Part shown: piece by piece, positions 1-12,790 of the stretch
How the letters are laid out: every line of letters starts with the position of its first letter
Numbering within the stretch: position 1 is the first letter of the stretch
Notes under the pieces: model-generated
The model's input: the letters and a program-made list of their open reading frames with translations, nothing else
What the model was told of the DNA's origin: nothing
Database searches by the model: none
Assembly (NCBI RefSeq): GCF_001194135.2
Contig: NC_068984.1
Span: 28,795,793-28,859,792, forward strand
Direction of reading: 5' to 3'
Length of the DNA: 64,000 nucleotides
Origin: Octopus bimaculoides
Taxonomy: Eukaryota
Made by a program: the position numbers and the translations under genes

Positions 1-545
1 CGTGCCACCAATATCTGCCATGACTGTGATTTTGCTCAGCTTGATGGGTCTTCTTCTCAGGCATGACATAATGCCAAAAGGTCTTCGTCATTACCTCTGT
101 GAAGCCCAATACTTGAAAGGAACTCAGCCACCTTGCCACCGTGAGGCCAAGCACTTGAAAGGAACTCAGACACTTTGCCTCTATCAGGCCCAATGCTCAA
201 GAGGAACTCAGCCACTTTATCTCTGTGAGACTTAACACTCGAAAGGAATTCAGCTACTTTGTTTCCGTGAGGTCCAACGTTCAAAAGATGTTCTATACGT
301 GCCACCAGCATGGGTGCACTTGGCTTGACGGGTCCTCTCAAGTAGTCATTGCCTCTGTGAGGCTCAAAGTTCGAACAACATGCTTCATTACCTCGTCCAA
401 TATCTTCCTGGGTCTACCTCTACCACAAGCTCTCTCCACAGTTAGAGATCAGTACTTGTTTACACAGTTGTCCTCATCCATATGCATCACACGACCATAC
501 CAGCCCAGCCTTCTCTCTTGCACACTGCATCTATCACTAACCTAA
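1..545 (-). mobile_element. RTE-clade LINE, 3' end of ORF and 3' UTR containing a 42-bp tandem array
   Basis: Minus strand reads RCSVQERRLGWYGRVMHMDEDNCVNKY*SLTVERACGRGRPRKILDEVMKHVVRTLSLTEAM, the typical RTE C-terminal RRLxWxGHV...GRPRKTW motifs. It is followed by four 42-bp units (115-282) and a second copy of the ORF end. Confidence 0.8.
115..282. repeat. Four tandem 42-bp units inside the RTE 3' region
   Basis: Units start at 115, 157, 199 and 241 (consensus GAAAGGAACTCAGCCACTTTGCCTCxGTGAGGCCxAAxxCTx). Confidence 0.9.
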
Positions 546-1829
546 TAATTAGTGATAAAAAACAAGAACATTTAATCCACATTTTATCATGTCTTCTGTT
601 GCCAGTAATAGGATTCCCACTATTATTATTATCATTATTATTATTATTATTATCGTTATTATGTTAGTGTAGAAAAATAACCATCCATGTTCTAATTCTA
701 AAGATAAGTGTCATTTAAAAACAAAGTCCGGATTATTTGAGTTAACAGATTTACATTTTCTACATTTGGCTTAATATATTCTTCAAGTCTGTGTCAATGT
801 AAATAAATAAAATCCTAAGAGAAAGATATGAAATGAAATAGACCTATATATTTTTAGTATTTTAAATTATAAATTTTTTATTTTTACTTATTTGTAAATT
901 CTCGCTTATGTTTCTTCTCATACGCTTTTGTATAATTAATTCTATGTTTACAGATTTGTCTCGGTTTACTTTAGTAAACTATATATCTTTGATTTTAAAT
1001 AGTATCAAATTTAATCTCTCATCAACTGCCATGTTATTCTTAAAATGTCGCTCTGTTCTTCTATTAAGCACAGATTAAAACTTTAAAGTCAAGATAAATA
1101 TATGAACATATATGAAAGAACAACACAAATGCATGCATATTTGTTTACATATGAACATGAATGAATATCAGCATCTCTAAGGACATGTGATAAATTGAAG
1201 AATTTCAATTTAGAATGTAAGAAGAGAAATATATTCTTGGATCCAGTGTTAAGTGAAGCAAATGTTATTGTATTTTATTTTATACTCGAATAATTTTAAA
1301 TAATCAAGTACTCAATAAAAACAATACTTATTTGAGGTCACTGAAATAATAGAAACTCTCAGTATATCTAACATGGTCTTCATGAGATTAATTTTATAGA
1401 AATCTCTCCAATTAACAATGATTATTGTTAAGAGAGTGTATGATAGATTTGGCAGTGCACCAGGCAAAATAATTTGGTATTTAGTGACTTCTTTACATAG
1501 TTTAAACTTCACCAGATTCAACTTCACTTTCCATCCTTCAGGAGATTAATAAAATTAGTATCAGTCAGTTATGGAGGTGATTTAAAACACTATATCTTAC
1601 TCAACATTTATGGCCTTGGATTCATGTAAGAAAATAATATCATTATAATTATATTTTTTTGACAAGTGTTATAGTTTCCTTGAAACATTGCAGAATATAT
1701 AAGAATAGAGAGTTAAAGAGCTATGACAATGCAGTTGGAATAACATTAAATAAAAATGAAAACAATTTCTTTAATCCTATAAACAATTAATAATGCTTAT
1801 ATTTCAGGAGAAAACAATCCTGATCAAAG

Positions 1830-2040
1830 TGTGAAAGGTACACGTGGCTGTTTGGTCTACATTATTACTATGGGCAGTAGATTGACAGAACCAATAGAGT
1901 GTTGGACAAAACGCTTTGTTTCTCCCAGATCTTTGTTTTGAATTCAATTCAGTCAAGTTTGGCTTCAATAAAATAAAGTACCAATTAAGAACTGGGGTTG
2001 ATAATAGACTAATGCCCTCCCCTCAAAATTACTACTTTTG
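1830..2040 (+). mobile_element. Degraded SINE of the family seen at 28540-28990
   Basis: Order of remnant blocks (GGACAAAACGCTT...TTCAATTCAGTCAAG TTTGGCTT...AATAAAATAAAGTACCAATTAAGAACTGGGGTTGAT) matches the better copies. Confidence 0.45.
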
Positions 2041-3269
2041 TGCCTAAATCAGAAACCACTGTTGTTGTTAATATTATTATTTTGAAATCTTTATCATTAT
2101 CATGTTGTATTAGTAACAACAGATGCAGCAGTAGTAGACCTAAATAGAAAAGAATAGCACAAGCAATATAAATCTAAAGTAACTGCTTTTATGCAATCAA
2201 GTTTTACGGTTCAATGAGTTGAAACTTGTCAAGTATAAATTCATTTTTTATTGCTTGAGGAACCAGTAATGTACTTGGATCAGTTACATTTAATACCAGT
2301 ATGTCTCACAAGATTGGCTATCTAGTGAAAAGTAGAGTCATTGTTTCTAATATTACAATTATAGGCAAGTATTGTAGAGTATTGGGTAGTTTTTCATTGG
2401 GATGAAACCCTATTTGGTTTTAGTTTATGTTTTAAATCATTCAACTTCATTTACATGATTAATACTTTCTGGAAATGAAACAGATATTACAATTTCCTAT
2501 TTTGCTGTTTATAACATAACACCAATGAAGATCTCTACAAGAAAAAAAAAATCATCTTAATTTGGGTAAACTTTAGATGTAAGTGTAACAAAATAGTTAT
2601 ATATCAAAAACATTAATAAATATAAATATTCTATAGTTTCACCGAGAAAACATTTGTAAAAAAAATCAAATTGCAAAAGTTTTGTCACACACCTGTGCCC
2701 TGGTCACAGACACAAATTTTGCAGAGGAATTTTTAGTGACCAGGTTGCAGAAGTGTGATTAGACTTTTTCATACTTGTTATTAAACAATAAATGGAAAGT
2801 GAATATAGCAACAGGGTTTTATTTTTGCTCTTGAATGGATAAAATGATTTTTTGACAATGTAAATATATTAATGAGTGAAAGATATATTTTGTGATGTTG
2901 ACATATTTTATGATAAAGGAATGTTATATCAAGATAATTGAAATATTAAGCTGAAAAATAATTAAAATTTATTGCAAAAATAATGAAATTCTGGCAAAGA
3001 ATTTAAATAGTTAAGATATATTATTTTAAATTATCCAGAATCTCTGATTAACAAATTAATATGCATCATTTAGTATATTTATGAATGCAAGAAAGAGCAA
3101 GTGGGTTTGTACAAAAGCATGGATGCATATATGCATTGTATATATTAGGTAAATATGAAAATGGTGTGTTTCAACGACTGAGGAGTATAAAAAAATATTT
3201 AATAAGCTTTGGGCAAAAGGGATGTCCATTTTGATAAGTTTACTGTCTTAACAGCATGGTCATCATCAT

Positions 3270-3540
3270 CATTATTATTTTATGCCATCTTCCTTGGTTT
3301 TGAAAGATTGGCACTACTCTCCAAGGTGGGTTGAGCAAATATGTCTTACTCATAAGTCATATTTTGGCCTTGTTCATATGGATGGTGCCTTTCCTAACAC
3401 CAACCACTTAGAGGTTGTAGGGCACACTTTTTCAGAGAATCAACACTGGAGAGGTTATTAAGTCTTTCACAAGACTCAGTGGTTCCCCACCAAACACTTG
3501 ACAGCATACACTAGGTGCATTTTGCTGTAGTACCAACACT
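3270..3540 (-). mobile_element. Degraded RTE 3'-tail/SINE-like repeat
   Basis: Starts with (CAT)n and contains GGATGGTGCCTTTCCTAACACCAACCAC, the reverse complement of the repeat at 6133-6320. Confidence 0.5.
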
Positions 3541-4860
3541 TTCAGGAATAGGGGCATATCTTAAAAAGATTGACTAACAGCTGTCAATACTAAATGGCCA
3601 TCAGAGAGTATAAGTATAGCATCAAATATTTATAGATAAGGTTTGATAAGTATATGCATCAAGATGGTGAGAAAGCTTGGGAGATAAATCCAAAGAAAAA
3701 GGATAAAGTGTCGGAGAGAGAGGGTCCTAAAAGCAATGTATATTGAACTAAAGAGATCCACGCAATCCTTGGTCACACCGAGAGTATAGTCCAGTGAGAA
3801 TGTAAAGAAAAGGCAGTGATTGAGAGATGATCAATAGAGACTAGGATGATAAAAATATGGCTCAAAATGTCTTTGATAACACCTGAGTAATAAGGGGGAT
3901 GAGAGGGCATGGATGTTACAGATGTAGCATGTGTGTGTATGTTTGTGTAGGGGGAGATAGATAGAGAGATACACAGATGTTTATAGCTATTTGACCAAGC
4001 CTGTACAGGTAGGCTGGATTACTCTAACACAGTGCACAGTACTTCGTTATTTGGAAACAATATTGAACAACTATCCACTCTACAGACTAACAGAATATGT
4101 AAAATATCTAAGAGAACTGCTTGGTGACAGTAGACACATTAGTTTTATAGTTAGCTAAATTATTAAGGAAAAAAATAAATAACTCTCATTTATCTGACAA
4201 ACAATTGGCCGACTGAAACACTGAAGACAATGAAGGAAGAGATTAAAATGATAAAATAACAATATGACAATTCAAAACTTTATGTTTATACACAGCTAAT
4301 GTTCCTATGTTTATAATGCACTGAGCAGTATGTTGATATGTACTCATATATTTAATATTTTCATTTCTCTAATATGCATCATGAACAAAAGCAACTGAAA
4401 CAGTGAGTTAGGCAAGACTAAGTTTAAATAAACAAACTAACCCAAACAGATTAATACAAACTAGAATTTCTGTAGTTTATAATGTAAAAGCAAGGCTGAA
4501 GAACACAGAAAGATGTGCACAGATGCACACACCCATATGAAAATATGTACACACAAATACAATGAGAAAACAATTCATAAAGACAACAAATAAAATTCCT
4601 ATCCATAATCAATAAGTGAAACAAGATCCAAGAAATGTTCAAAGATAAATGATAACATCATTTGAATTCTATACTTTGTTTTTAAATGATGAGAATTCAT
4701 CACTTCAATTAAGCTGTTGAGATATTTTGTGATTTTTTTTTTAATGGATAATATTAACATTACAAATAATGATATTTGAAATAAGCTGGAAATATGTGTA
4801 TAGGAAATCAAAAATCCCAATTAAATGAATAAACAAGTTTGAAAAGGCATAGCAATCAAG

Positions 4861-5744
4861 TACGTGATCTGATCAATAAGTATCCGGACTGTTGCCATTG
4901 TAACGAAGCTTAAGCACAAAGAGTGAAGCTGCTTGGGACAGATTGACTTTGAACTCTCCTGTGCATGTGCACTAAGTTTTAACAGTCTAGCTCATTTCTG
5001 CTGTTTACAGCAGTGCTTGGAATAAAGGTGTGTAGCGTGTGATCATCACATTCACCATGATGGAGAAAGTTGAGCAGAAACTGCATCAAATTTTGCCAAA
5101 AGCTTGGTGATAGCCTGCTCAGAGGCCTATGCAAAGTTTTCTAAAAGTTTTCATAAGTCTCGACACAGTCAAGGAGATCTTGTGCAACTGAAACCCGAGT
5201 GTCTTTTTGGTCAGCTGAAAGCAGTTTTGGTACAAACTTGGCAGACACGCGTCTTATACCCAAATCTTCAGTGATAATGGACTGAACTGAACACATTCTC
5301 TGATAACTCAAGGATGGTGATTCGGCGATTTCCCCTCACAGCTGCATGCACATCTGCAATGTTTTTCTCAGTTCTACTGGTTGCAGGCCTCCAAGAACAT
5401 TCATCAATATCGACATATTTTTGACCATCTTAGAAACGTCTAAAACACTCGTACACTTGTGTGCGGCTCATACACTCCTCTCCGTACACTTTCTGCAACT
5501 TTGTGTAAGCCTCTGAGCAGGTATCGCCACGACAACTTTCTCTGTCATGGTCAATGTGATGATCACACACCACACACTTTCCTACCAAGCACTGCTGTAA
5601 ACAGCGGAAGTGAGCAAGAACAATAAAACTTAGTGCACATGCGCAGCAGAGTTCAAAATAAATTTTTGCCAAGTGGATTCACTTTGCATGCTTTAGCTTT
5701 GTTATTATAGTAACAGTCCGGATACTTATTGATCAGACCTCATA
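4861..5744. mobile_element. Non-autonomous mariner with fold-back structure (two transposon 5' ends, inverted)
   Basis: TA-flanked TIRs TA-CGTGATCTGATCAATAAGTATCCGGACTGTT and TA-TGAGGTCTGATCAATAAGTATCCGGACTGTT (rc). Minus strand encodes a decayed mariner N-terminus (SEAYTKLQKVYGEECMSRTQVYECFRRF*DG...RPATSRTEKN...NRRITI). About the first 280 bp is an inverted copy of the right arm. Confidence 0.9.
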
Positions 5745-6132
5745 TGTTTTAACATTGCTTCTACATCAATGCATCAGTTCTTTATTTTCTAGTATATTTG
5801 GGAATTTTTTCCAAGATCCTTCAAGAAGAGGGAAGTGATATTCATATTGATCCTTGACTTAATATACTAGAGCACTATCACTGATCCCAGTCTTAGCAGC
5901 AATATGAGTGAAACTGGTAATATTGAAGCATTAAGCTATACATTTACTGATATCTGAAGTGACCAGTGAGGCACCTCATAATCTTCCCTCAATAGATGAA
6001 AATAATTCAGATTTTTGTGTCTCTCTTTAACATCACAATTTCTGCAGAGTTCACTCAACAAAATTCTCCTCATCATTTTAATCACATTGCATGCTTATAC
6101 ATTTGAAACCAATTCTCATTTTATAATATTTC

Positions 6133-6320
6133 CAGTGACACGTAAAAGCACCCACTACACTCTCTGAGTGGTTGGCGTTAGGAAGGGCATCCAGCTGTAG
6201 AAACTCTGCCAAATCAGACTGGAGCCTGGTGTTGCCATCCGGTTTCACCAGTCCTCAGTCAAATCGTCCAACCCATGCTAGCATGGAAAGCGGACGTTAA
6301 ACGATGATGATGATGATGAT
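6133..6320 (+). mobile_element. RTE 3'-tail / SINE-like repeat ending in (GAT)n
   Basis: CACGTAAAAGCACCCACTACACTCTCTGAGTGGTTGGCGTTAGGAAGGGCATCCAGCTGTAGAAAC...CCATGCTAGCATGGAAAGCGGACGTTAAACGATGATGATG; closely similar copy at 6691-6873. Confidence 0.85.
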
Positions 6321-6690
6321 ACAAGTTATACATGCAATATTGTGAAACAATCTTCTAAACCTTCCCTGATAGGAATGACAACATACATTCAAAAGTCCCA
6401 ATACAATCATTGCCAATAGAAAAGTAAAAAAAAAAAAACCCATCATTCTTCTTTCATCTCTGTGACTTATTTTGAAGTCAGTACTAAGCACTTTTCACAA
6501 TCAATCACTCCTAGAGTTGCAACTCTAGAATATTGTTTCTGCTCATATTTTTGCATACGGGGTTCATTGTAGAGAAATTCAAACTGCAGTAGCCTTTCCA
6601 TGTTCATTTGACTTGCTAAATATTGCAGTTAAATGCTTAGTTGTATCTAAATAAAGACTTTACAACACAAAAATTATTTTAGAACACATA

Positions 6691-6873
6691 GTGCCGGTGG
6701 TACGTAAAAAGCACCCACTACACTCTTGGAGTGGTTGGCGTGAGGAAGGGCATCCAGCTGTAGAAACATTGCCAGATCAGATTTGAGCCTGGTGCAGCCG
6801 CTGGCTCTTCAGACTTCAGTCAAACCGTCCAACCCATGTCAGCATGGAAAACAGACATTAAGCGATGATGATA
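6691..6873 (+). mobile_element. Second copy of the RTE 3'-tail / SINE-like repeat
   Basis: Colinear with 6133-6320 and ends in CGATGATGAT. Confidence 0.85.
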
Positions 6874-7007
6874 ATTCTCTTTGTCTGCCTATATATATAA
6901 ATATATATGTATGTGTGTGTGTGTGTGTGTGTGTGTGACATTTGACATACAAATGTAAAGCCTTACACATTTTAGCTGGTCTAATCTGAGGAACATGATC
7001 ACAAATA

Positions 7008-8164
7008 TATTAAGGTGTTCAAAAAATAATGCTAGTTAAGTTTAATTGAATATCATTTATTAATAATGCAATTACTATCATTATCAGAGATTGTAACCCA
7101 ACAAAAAGGCAAATTTTTGAAGTGACATTTAATATTCAGTGTTTTCTCAAAAGTACTTTGGTATACTGTTTTTAAAGTCTTCTTTGTGTTTGAATGTTCA
7201 GCCACATATGGAATGTTGTAACCGCTGAAACAAGTGATAATGCATAAGTGCTAAATCTGGTGAGAATGTTGTTCGTAAAAGAAGAACTTATCAACCTGAT
7301 GAACTGAGCTTTTTTAGGTTTGGTTCACAGGTAATCCTTGCATTACCATGCTGGAGAATAATATCTTTTCTGTTTACCAAAGCTGGCCATTTTTGACAGA
7401 ATGCTTTATTCATGCAATCATGTTGTTGATGGTAGCAGTGATGACCTCGCTTCAATACATCATAAGTGATACTTGCTCCATTGGGTGCATAGCAAAGACT
7501 TAGCTTTTGCTTTGGCACTGGTTTCTCATTTACTGATAACCACTTTTACTTCTTTTAGTTGATATGCTGTACCATGCTATGCAGAAAATGAGACAGTGCT
7601 GTTCTTGCCTAAATAACAGCAGCAAATGTTAGAACACAGAGCTGTTTTCCAGTGTGAGCTCAACAGAAAGCCAAATACTTTCTTTGTGCTTTTTCTCAAT
7701 TATCATGTGATGGTCGTAGACAGTTGAACATGACATGTGCAGGTTATATGTCAAATGTCTGGTGCTCTGATTAAACCGTTTCTCTAAAATAATTGTCATT
7801 CAAAATCGTTTGTGTTTCAGGAAGAGGCTTAACAGAGAGTTCATAATTGTCATTTTTAAACTTCTGAAACCACAGGTGGTATTTACACATCTGCATTGCC
7901 TCAAAACAAATGTTTTCCATTGTCTGAGTAGGAGTACTATGCTTATGAAACTCATACAACAGTGAGGGTGAATAGATTGCTCATTAAAATTTTTAACTTT
8001 CATGGGGTTAAACTTTACTGCATTCTACAGATGACATACTGCTTGATAACAGGAATGATTAACTAGATTTAGATGTAGTTTTCTATTTAAATACTGTGAT
8101 GCTGAATTATAATTTGGCTGAATTATAATTTAAAGGAATAAATCATTTTCTCAACACTCTAATA
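7008..8164 (-). mobile_element. Decayed near full-length mariner transposon (transposase pseudogene)
   Basis: Imperfect TA-flanked TIRs TATTAAGGTGTTCAAAAAATAA / TATTAGAGTGTTGAGAAAATGA. Minus-strand remnants include YEFHKHST...LWFQKFKNDNYELSVKP, WPALVNRKDIILQHGNAR (HDNARPH-like) and FSPDLALMHYHLFQRLQH (YSPDLAP-like), with many stops and frameshifts. Confidence 0.85.
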
Positions 8165-11100
8165 TTTAAATGTTTAACATGTTACAGTATAACAAGCTGC
8201 ATCAGTATTCTACATGATATAAATGTAAAACTCTTCGAAAATTACACAAAGCAAAAATATCTCAAGCACTCACCACTGCTAGGATAGCACCTGCAGATGT
8301 TGAATGATTTGAAATACCATTTGTTGTAGGTGTGTGCATTTGTGCATATACACATACAAACATACACACACATAGAGACATATAGATGTGTATATATATA
8401 TAATCTGTGAGTCTGTGAGTGTGTATATAGAGACAGACTGACAGAGTCGAAAAAGAGATTTTAGTCAAGAATTGGCTTGCCTTTGTCTAGATGAAATAAA
8501 GATACAATGCTTTTATAATGGACAAGTGAAAACAAAATCTTATCTACCCAGTGTTATCATGGGAAAGTACACTTAAAAAAGAAAATATGAATACTTGTTT
8601 AAAGAATATAAAGCAGTAAGAACATTTTAGTAGCTCACCGTGGAATGTTTCGGCCAGTATTTTTAAGCATTTTCTTTTTCTCTTCCTTTTTTTATTAGGT
8701 TCATATTTGTTTTACACAAAAATATTTAGCAACAAAATCAATGCCAATCTTTTAGTAAAATGGCTAATATATCACACAAGGATGATTATCAAACACCACA
8801 AAATTTTATTTAAATTATCCCCTAGAAATTTATCTTTCTTTATGGGTGCATGTGTGTGCATGTAAAGATGTTTTGTGTATAAAAATGTATAAACTCAAAC
8901 TATCTGAGGTGCATATAAAAATGTTTTCAATGAAGAAAACATCTTGTGTGTGTGTGTGTACACTTACAGAGACTTACATATGGTTATATAAAGCAATGTC
9001 TTCTTTGTGCCCTTAATATCAATATGTATATGCTTGCATTTATAGACTGGATATATGTGCATTTATGAGCTCTGTTAATCATGCCATAAATTTTTATTAT
9101 AAGTAGGTTTTCATAAACATTTTTCTGAACTAAAACAATATAATGGGCCGAGTGAAGAAATCAGGTATTTCAGTGAATGTGAAAGAGAGGATAGGTATGG
9201 ACCAAAGTTTTGGTGATGCACTGAGGATTAAACAATAACCATAAAACTGTATTATATTCTGAGCTGTGCATAGTTATTGATATAAAGAAGTTAATGGTGG
9301 AAATCTTGCTTGGAATATTAAGCACTACTCTGTGTGATGAGCAATTTAGTAAATGATTTATGTCGTTAGTCTATGACATTGTAATGATAGGATCAATATA
9401 CACAGCTGGGTTCATGAAAAGTTATTTGTTCATGAAGAGTTAGTGGGTATCAATTCCATTACTGCAGTCTCTTCAGTTGTTAAATTATTTCCACAAAAGT
9501 ACCAAAATAAAGCAATTCACTAAGCCTAGAAATTTTCTGATACAGAATATAACACTCTTTATAACTTTCAAAGCCATTTGACATCAGAAATTCGGATTGA
9601 GAATAAAACGCAAAATAATAAGCTTTAGATGATTTTAAGTCCATGCAGCACTATCAAATATCGAATGTGTGGTGATACAATCTCTGAAAATGGTAACGTA
9701 AATGAAATGTGTTAAGCTAGTATTTCTTTTCTTCTCTGTAGTTAAGATTTTCAAAATATATCTTCTTTCTATCTTCAAATTAACATAATAGATATAGCAT
9801 AGAAACATATATGTGATTGTCAGCCAAATTTCTTTCCATAGGTTATAAATGGCAGCAAGATACGAAACAACTATTTATATTAAACATCATCATTTGCACC
9901 TTCCTTATTTTATATCTAATTCCCATGATGAGACATGATGAACAGATCACTGAACTCTGAGTCAGACCTTATCTGAATTAACTGCTCTCCAAGATACATG
10001 CTTCTATTTTGATATGGTTTCTACAGGTAGATGCCTTTCCTAAAACCAACAACTTTGTTTTATGTGCTTGGTATATTTCATTGTGGTACCAGTTGTTGTC
10101 ATGATGCCAGCAAAGCTAAAGCACCCTCTATATCTTTATTCAATGCTAGGCACTTTTCAAAGTTATGTAGTAGAGAATGGTCTTAGTAGGCAGGCTGGTA
10201 TAGAGATAGTTAAAAGAGATTCCAATTGTCTTTTCTTCAAAAGTAGATAACAGATTTATTCAATTTTTATGAATTCTAGATGCACAATTGTGTAATTTAT
10301 ACATGGAGAAATATCTTCGTAGTCTAGATTTCTTTCTAACCCATATCACTACATAGCTTATATGCAAAAATAGCAAAGTAAAATGTTTACTGAACAAGGA
10401 TGGTAAATGACTAACATTTCAAAAATAAAATGGTTACTTTGAAATCTTATAAGATATCATAAAAGATGCTGTTCCAAAAGAGATCTGTAATTCTTTTATC
10501 ACAACACATTTCCAAAATTAACAGCTGACGGAATGCTAACTTGATAAAATAATTCAATAATTTGAAGTAAATTAGTTCAACACTAGAAAATTCAGAGATT
10601 TAAATTAAAAATTTAATTTAAAATTATAAAAAAAAAACTGAAAAAAAAAACACACACACACTCACACATCACCATCTCTTTCTCACTTTTTACTGCTAAG
10701 ATCTTTAATGAAGTACTAAATATTTCTGTTGACCTTTCATTATACAACTAGATTAGTGTTCTAAGAAATTTTTATCAAAATAAAAGATTTTTCCGGAAAC
10801 ATTTCTGTTGTAAATATTCATGTCTTCCTAATCTTCAACATTCAGGCTAGATTAGATCAATGATATGTTTGGTGTTATTCTGTTAAAGATTTCTATTATT
10901 CTTACACTCAAGTGAAGCTAAATTTGGGCCTTATTCACTGGAACCATTTTTGCCAAATTTTTTTCTTGAATCTCATTAATGAATGACACGGACTAATTTT
11001 AACAGCTTTGAAAATAAGTTGACAAAGATAAGATTAACTGCAAAATTCTTTGATTTATTTTTTTTTTCTGCCTGTATAACTTTCTATTCTAGTTGTTACT

Positions 11101-11789
11101 TTAATTTTCAGTGTTTAGTATAATAACTTTAAGATTAAAAAGCTATAACTCTATTCTGTCTCATCAACCTTTGTTACAACCATTGTGTTATACAAGAGTA
11201 GAAATAAGAGATTTAGGTGTTCATGACTTCAGTAGGAATTATATATTTATAAATCAATACTATAATACCCAGCCAACAAACTCCATTACTTTGATATTGC
11301 AGTGTTCATGATCTGCAACTGTAGTTTGTTAATAAATATATCCCTCATTATTTCTTTCTTCATATTTAAATTGCATCCATAACATATTGCATTTCAGTGT
11401 TATATTTTCTGGGTTCTGCACTACACTTAGATACAAATATTCAATTCTCTAAACATAATTACTAAAATTAAAATATTGGAGCTAAAGCTAAAGATGCACA
11501 ACTTTAGGCAACCCAATATTTTATAACTCTCTACATCTCTCTCTTTGTTAGCTAAAGCCTGTGTGGCTGCTATGAAATTTTAAATTCAGTGATGCACTTC
11601 ATATCTGAATATAAATGTACATGATGTGCATGTTTATTTGTTGTTTGCAAATATGTAAATATCCATATTATTGTTACATCTAACATTATATCCTTTGATT
11701 TCAGATTTGAATAACAGTTATGTATTACCCATAATCTTAATTTAACTAAATTTATGCCTTTTAGGGCACAAATAGTTTTCTATCCTCTG

Positions 11790-12790
11790 CCAAAAGTAAG
11801 AATCCATTGATCTAAAGAGTGTCAGATATCTGTCAGCCAAATCTTATAACATGAGAAAGTAAGTCATGAATTCAAACCATATATTAGTGCAGGGCAGTGG
11901 TTTAGGTATGAGTATTATGTGTTTGTAAACATCATCCAAAATGCCTTGTGGTAATTTTCCACAAATCCCATCAAAATCACCTCTACCTTTCATGTAGCAG
12001 TCCAGAGTAGTAGATTTAAGTGGTTGAACAAAGTGCCTTGCAATATTTGTTCCAGCTCTATACATTCCAAGTTCACCTGCCTTAGTACTACTGCTAAGCC
12101 ATATTAGCTCTTGCTTTTCCTTAGACCATCTATCACTTAGACCATCTCTTGCTTTAGCTAAGTAATTGGTGTTCTCACTTGAAAAAACATAACCTTGACT
12201 AGGTTTGCATTCTGGAGAGGTATCTTTTAAGTGCAGTTTCATGGTTGAAAAAAATACTGTTTTTAAACTAACCTGTCAAACATACTTTGGATGTTATAAT
12301 ATCTGAATCACTTAGCATGATGAACACACACAAACACACATACACACACACAAATATACAAGCAAACATAAATATATTGTATGCGTATAATATATACATA
12401 TATATGTGTGTGTGTATGCATACATGCACACACAAACACACACATATATTGCTCACACTAGCATGTACATATGTATAATGTTTGCGTAAGTGAAACATAA
12501 CTAAGTGTTTCAACACCTGTAGGTTATCTGTGCATATATGAATAGACTTAAATGCATCAAGCATGACTTTCCGCAGCAAGTCTATTAAACTTTGGCAGCA
12601 ATTAACACAGATATAGTATATTGTTACAAACCTTCTAATGAAGTACTGGTCATCTGCAAACTTCCAATTTCTGCCAAATATCTAACAAGGAATATTTGCC
12701 CTAGTGATATCAATGTCAGTCTACCTAACTGGAGTCAGATTTCAATTGCTGATGCATGTCTGACCATGGAAAGCTGAGGAGTATGAAATG
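11790..12790 (-). mobile_element. piggyBac-like transposase relic interrupted by CA/TA microsatellite
   Basis: ORF 11844-12242 contains QGYVFSSE, ELGMYRAGTN and PLKS...MKGRGDFD. Just downstream is DLADRYLTLFR (GVDLADQ-like), and upstream is KVMLDAFKSIHICTDN (MSRDRF..I...LH..DN-like). Motif recognition by eye only. Confidence 0.55.

Noticed and set aside
8620-8700. GGCCGAAACATT on the minus strand as a second hammerhead, or an exon ending at a GTGAG donor
   Set aside because: No CUGANGA or stem II upstream, and all frames from nearby acceptors hit stops.
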